A stretch of DNA of 64,000 nt from Amoebophrya sp. A120 (lineage: Eukaryota > Protista > Dinoflagellata). Location of the stretch: the NCBI GenBank assembly GCA_905178155.1, contig CAJINV010000004.1:1000629-1064628 (forward strand), read 5' to 3'. Within the stretch, counting starts at the first letter, position 1. Each line of letters begins with the position of its first letter. This document shows, piece after piece, positions 60,501 to 64,000 of this stretch. The notes below the pieces were generated by a model. It was not told the DNA's origin. It saw only the letters and a list, made by a program, of their open reading frames with translations, and made no database searches. The position numbers and the translations under genes were made by a program.

Positions 60501-62922
60501 AGAACATACGGCGCTCCGAATGGACCAACAAGTACTACATTTGACCGAGAAGAAAAAGCGCGTCCGTCGCGTAACTTGAACGGCATTTCCGAGCGGAGAG
60601 AACGCGCTCCGAGAACACACCGAGAGCGACATGCGCATCAACCAGTCTCCCGGTACAGACTGCTTATCGATTATCCGGGTAGAGAACACTCTTCAACAAT
60701 CCTCGTCCTGGGTTGGCGCGAGGACGGACAGCACGTGGCGAGAGCCGCGCGCCGCCCTTCCTCCATCTTTATTCCGCTTTTGCATGAGAAACTGCGTTTT
60801 TGCATGACAGGCAAAAGGGGCCCTTCGCGGCCACGCAATACAGAGTCCAACGTCATACCAGACTAGCATGACAAAATTCGAAATCTTCCTGACCCAGACA
60901 TATTTGCAGTTGATAAGTTATCGTGTTGAGGTACTACTACACCAATTTTTCCCCCCGAGGAACTACTGGAGGACTTCGTTCGCTGGTGATTCATCGCTCC
61001 TACGGAGAACGAATCCGGCTCCTGTTCGGCCAAGGCAAATCCACCTGCTAGTGGTGATTTTTGCCCGCTACAACTCTTCGGACTTTGACTGCGTTCCCGG
61101 ATCTTGTGGAATTTTTCCGCGGATTTTGACACTGCCATAGCGAGTTTGATTTCCGCCATGATGTCCTTTTCTCGCCCCTCTTTTACCTCTCTCAAAAGCA
61201 TCTCCGCCATCTCCGGATCCTCTTCCGTATTGAAATCCGGGTACGCGTGACGCAGCATGCGGAGCGACTCGAGTTCTGCCAGGCGCTCCTTTTTCTTTTG
61301 CTCCGCTTCTTTTCTCCTCTTTTCCTCCTCGAGTTCTCTCACTTTTTCCTCGATCCTTTGCTCCACTTTCACCAACTGCTCTTCCAATAACCGCATCTGC
61401 CCTTCCAAGACTCTCGTCTCTTCCCCCTCTTTCTGCTGCGTATTCGCCTCCAGCAAAATGGCGGCTTTTTCCTTCTCGGAAACCAAAGTGCGCGGATCCT
61501 GGGAGTGCAGCGTGTTGGTCTTCTTGCCCCCTGCTGGTAGATCTTCCTGATCTCCAGAAGATTTGTTCTTATTCCCGTGCTATCAAACGTAAAAATGTCT
61601 GGGTCTGGAAGAATGCATGTTTGTCATGCTTGTCGGGCATGACCATTAAATCTGTCATGCACGTCGCCCAAGAGCCGCATTTTTCTGTCATGCGGAGACG
61701 CAATTTGTCATGCAGAATAGGCAACACCTACAAGCTCAGAAATTTGTCATGCTGAGCCAGCACTTGTAGCCTCCTCATGCTACGCTACTCAGCATCACGA
61801 GTTTCCAGACCCAGACATTTTTACGGTTGATACGTGCCCTTTCTGCGGAGAAAAGTAGAACTCGGAAAGGCGTTTCGCTTCGCGACCGGGGGAAAAAGAT
61901 TTGAAAAGCTGCTGGTTTAGCTCGTTGCTCGGATTTTTTGCAGGTTCACTCTTCTTGCTGGACAATAGTTGCGACTGCTGGTGCTGGAGCTGCAACTGCC
62001 GCTGCAATACGTCGAGTTGTGCTGCTTGCTGCTGCTCTACAACTTCCTTCACTGACACTGTGCTACTTCCCTTACAGCTGTTCGCTCTCGTCCTTCTTGT
62101 TACAGGTGACACGCTAGAGCTCGGCCTCTGCGGAAGTAGAGCATCTACTTCAGCCGGCTCCTTATTCCTCCTACTAAACGGCGACGGCGGATATTGGTCA
62201 ATGTTGTCCATTTGCCGCTGAATCTCCTGAATTCGCTGCTGCCGTCTGGAGTCAGTGATATCCACAATTTGCAGCGCTTGGTTCATTATGTTCGTCCCAT
62301 TGGACGTGGAGCCGTTGTTTGTGGTTGCAGCGGCCATGTTGCTTCCGTTTGAACCAGCAGCACCCGCCCTCGACTTACTCGCATTTTTCTGCAAAATAGC
62401 AGCTCCTGCAGCGGAGGAACTGCTACCCTTGCTGCCATTTCTGCTCTTAGAGGGAGGGTTCCTCGTCGCGGAGCTTCCTCTTCCGGCTGCTGCACCGGTC
62501 GTCGTCGTTCCGTTGTTCATCTTCGAGCTCGATCTACTCCTTACAACCGCTCCCGCAGACGCCGGGCGCTGCTTCATTTTCGCTCCGGCAAGGAGCGAAG
62601 ATCCTCGGTCTTTCGCGCTCTCCTCCCAGGTTCTGGCCAGTTTCTCCGGACTTGGGTTGAACGGCGGGAGTCGGACCTGTTCATTGCCTTGCTGCGCAGG
62701 TTGTACGGCACCCCCCGACGGATCTGCTTTGTTGGCCTTTTTCCCCAAATGGATCTGCCCGCCGGACGAAGTCGGCACCCTCGGCCCGGCGGATCGCGGA
62801 CGGAACTTTTTCACATTCTGCTGCAGCACATTCGCCTGCCACTCTGCCTCCGCCTGTCTCTTTTTCCCGGCCAGCCAAATCTCGTGGTCGCACGCCACGT
62901 CCCACGCCGTGCGGGCCGGCAT
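48515..62922 (-). CDS. Giant (~2,900 aa) low-complexity protein with repeated RPxSA motifs, function unknown
   Basis: Frame traced from MPARTAWDVAC (62922) to PDVFWDFR* (48515) through 13 TIR elements and one inferred GT-AG intron (~52441-52588). It could instead be two genes split at 52583. Confidence 0.7.
48734..48968. mobile_element. Introner-like TIR element, family B
   Basis: Direct repeat gcgtc. Confidence 0.93.
49314..49545. mobile_element. Introner-like TIR element, family B
   Basis: Flanks agcgg/atcgg. Confidence 0.88.
50416..50679. mobile_element. Introner-like TIR element, family A
   Basis: Direct repeat cccag. Confidence 0.92.
50721..50962. mobile_element. Introner-like TIR element, family B
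   Basis: Direct repeat cggat; only 41 bp separate it from the previous element. Confidence 0.92.
52008..52166. mobile_element. Introner-like TIR element, family C (reverse orientation)
   Basis: Direct repeat gggag; removal gives KESS|PSKLP. Confidence 0.85.
53080..53274. mobile_element. Introner-like TIR element, family C (degenerate)
   Basis: Flanks ttcaa/ttcca; removal gives QME|QHHET. Confidence 0.82.
55748..55956. mobile_element. Introner-like TIR element, family H
   Basis: TIR aaaaaactgtgtaagtgtaact / agttacacttacacactttttt; direct repeat agtcg; removal gives PSRD|WMVRH. Confidence 0.9.
56023..56290. mobile_element. Introner-like TIR element, family A
   Basis: Direct repeat gcagg; interior resembles 50416-50679. 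Confidence 0.92.
57102..57355. mobile_element. Introner-like TIR element, family A
   Basis: Direct repeat gctga; interior resembles 61581-61832 and 578-836. Confidence 0.92.
57545..58734. mobile_element. Long (~1.19 kb) degenerate TIR element acting as an intron-like insertion
   Basis: cgttagcatgagaagtggcgagtttgtagtgaattttgcatgac is inverted as gtcatgcaagacaaattcactgcaaattcacccctcttatgctaacg; flanking exons join GKDHN|LLGCS; exact ends uncertain. Confidence 0.7.
58890..59168. mobile_element. Introner-like TIR element, family A (A2, reverse orientation)
   Basis: Direct repeat tcgcg; left end is CAT instead of TAT; interior is the reverse complement of the 30438-30698 type. Confidence 0.9.
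59363..60756. mobile_element. Nested insertion of unknown class (possibly a non-autonomous retroelement)
   Basis: Flanked by cttcc (59358-59362, 60757-60761); (cat)n tract near the left end; no TIR seen. Confidence 0.6.
60199..60305. repeat. Minisatellite (~33-bp unit gttgctcgtggtagtcgtgctggtgtgctgca)
   Basis: 3-4 copies visible directly. Confidence 0.85.
61581..61832. mobile_element. Introner-like TIR element, family A
   Basis: Direct repeat cgtgc; removal gives KGH|GNKNK. Confidence 0.92.
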
Positions 62923-64000
62923 AATTTCTACTGATGTGCGCGCTTTATTGTTGCACCTGGTCCAGCGGCAGGAAGTGGAGCGAGTAGTGACAGAAGTTGT
63001 CCCAACCACGCACGGAAAAGAGCTACGCTCCGAAGCCGAACAACGTGTCATGAACACAAAAAATTTATGCATCTCATAGTTCCAATTTTCAAACCAAGAT
63101 TGGTATAAAAGTTCGCTGCCGGGGTGAGATATGATTTCTTTACGCCATGATTCTAGACACATGATACGAAATTTGGTGTAACACGACCTTCCACGAGGGC
63201 CGACAAGAGACGAATGAAACGAAGTTCGCGCACGAGCAATAAAGGAAGACGAAAGGAAAAACAAACGCTCACTCTCTCAAGCAACATTGAAACTGTCTTC
63301 TGCCACAACCCTCTGTCTCTTCAAGACTTCTGAAATGATGTACGACTCGAATTGCGAGTAGAAATTGCAGCACAAGGTCGAGCTTGTCCTCGTCAGTGCA
63401 GAGCAGCGGAATCGCCAGTAGCCGACCACGATCGAAAATACGACTAGCACCAGGAACGGTCTGAAGCTCCTTACGGATTGAAATACTGTTGCAACACAAC
63501 ATCTGGGTTCTTTGCGCAACACATGAAATTTTCGTACAACTAGTCGTCGTAGTGTACTCGTAATTCCTTTTCAGATGTAACAAGAAGTAGCAGTACTAGG
63601 TATGGACCAGGGCTTTCAGAAGTTGCTGCAAGTGAAAGTGTATTCCTATTGGTATTAAGCTGCACATTCATAAGGGAGGTCTAAGCCTCTAACACCTGTA
63701 CGTCGCTATCTGCATGCACGTGCTGGCACTTTTTTCCACGAACGCGAAACAACCTAAACAAAGACGCTCGATCAATGAGCATAGAGTTTAGCTCGTGTTC
63801 GTGTTCCTCTTCCTCTGCGAGAGAAAACAACATGTGTGCTCGCCTCTGGGTGGGCAAGGAGGCGTATGCTAAGATATGTTTACAAACGCACGACATCTAG
63901 TCCAAGGTTCTCAGTTATTCGTACACTGGGTGCTGATGTTCTTGCAGCTGCGCCTTTTTCTGGTCGTGAGCCACTTTTGTCATGATCCAATCTCAGGTTA

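Larger units (their letters stand above)
59264..60915. mobile_element. Family A element interrupted by a nested ~1.4-kb insertion
   Basis: Left and right halves match the reverse complement of 578-836; direct repeat agtta; removal gives QHDN|YHGSS. Confidence 0.88.

Noticed and set aside
60690-60756. HDV-like ribozyme at the end of the nested insert (tcctcgc loop on the minus strand)
   Set aside because: The required P3 and P1 pairings are not present.

Overview
Eukaryotic genomic DNA. By architecture it is most likely a Syndiniales/dinoflagellate such as Amoebophrya (inference, no marker gene seen). Eight protein-coding genes all lie on the minus strand: an ABCA transporter, a GT-D-like glycosyltransferase, a Cys-rich PAN/Apple-like protein, a pentameric ligand-gated ion channel, a prolyl 4-hydroxylase, an SR splicing factor and two large low-complexity proteins. 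Their reading frames are interrupted by 32 non-GT-AG, introner-like insertions from at least 8 sequence families. Almost all start with TAT and end with ATA, carry terminal inverted repeats (TIRs), and sit between 5-bp direct repeats (once 8 bp). Removing the element plus one repeat copy restores the frame in each case traced. The short families share an internal TGTnATGC motif, and several occur in both orientations. Three members are 1.1-1.65 kb long and carry cargo or a nested insertion. Ordinary GT-AG introns coexist in the same genes. A ~1.3-kb tandem array repeats the 5' end of the glycosyltransferase gene next to an inverted MFS fragment, and an unexplained GC-rich island lies at ~39-40.7 kb.
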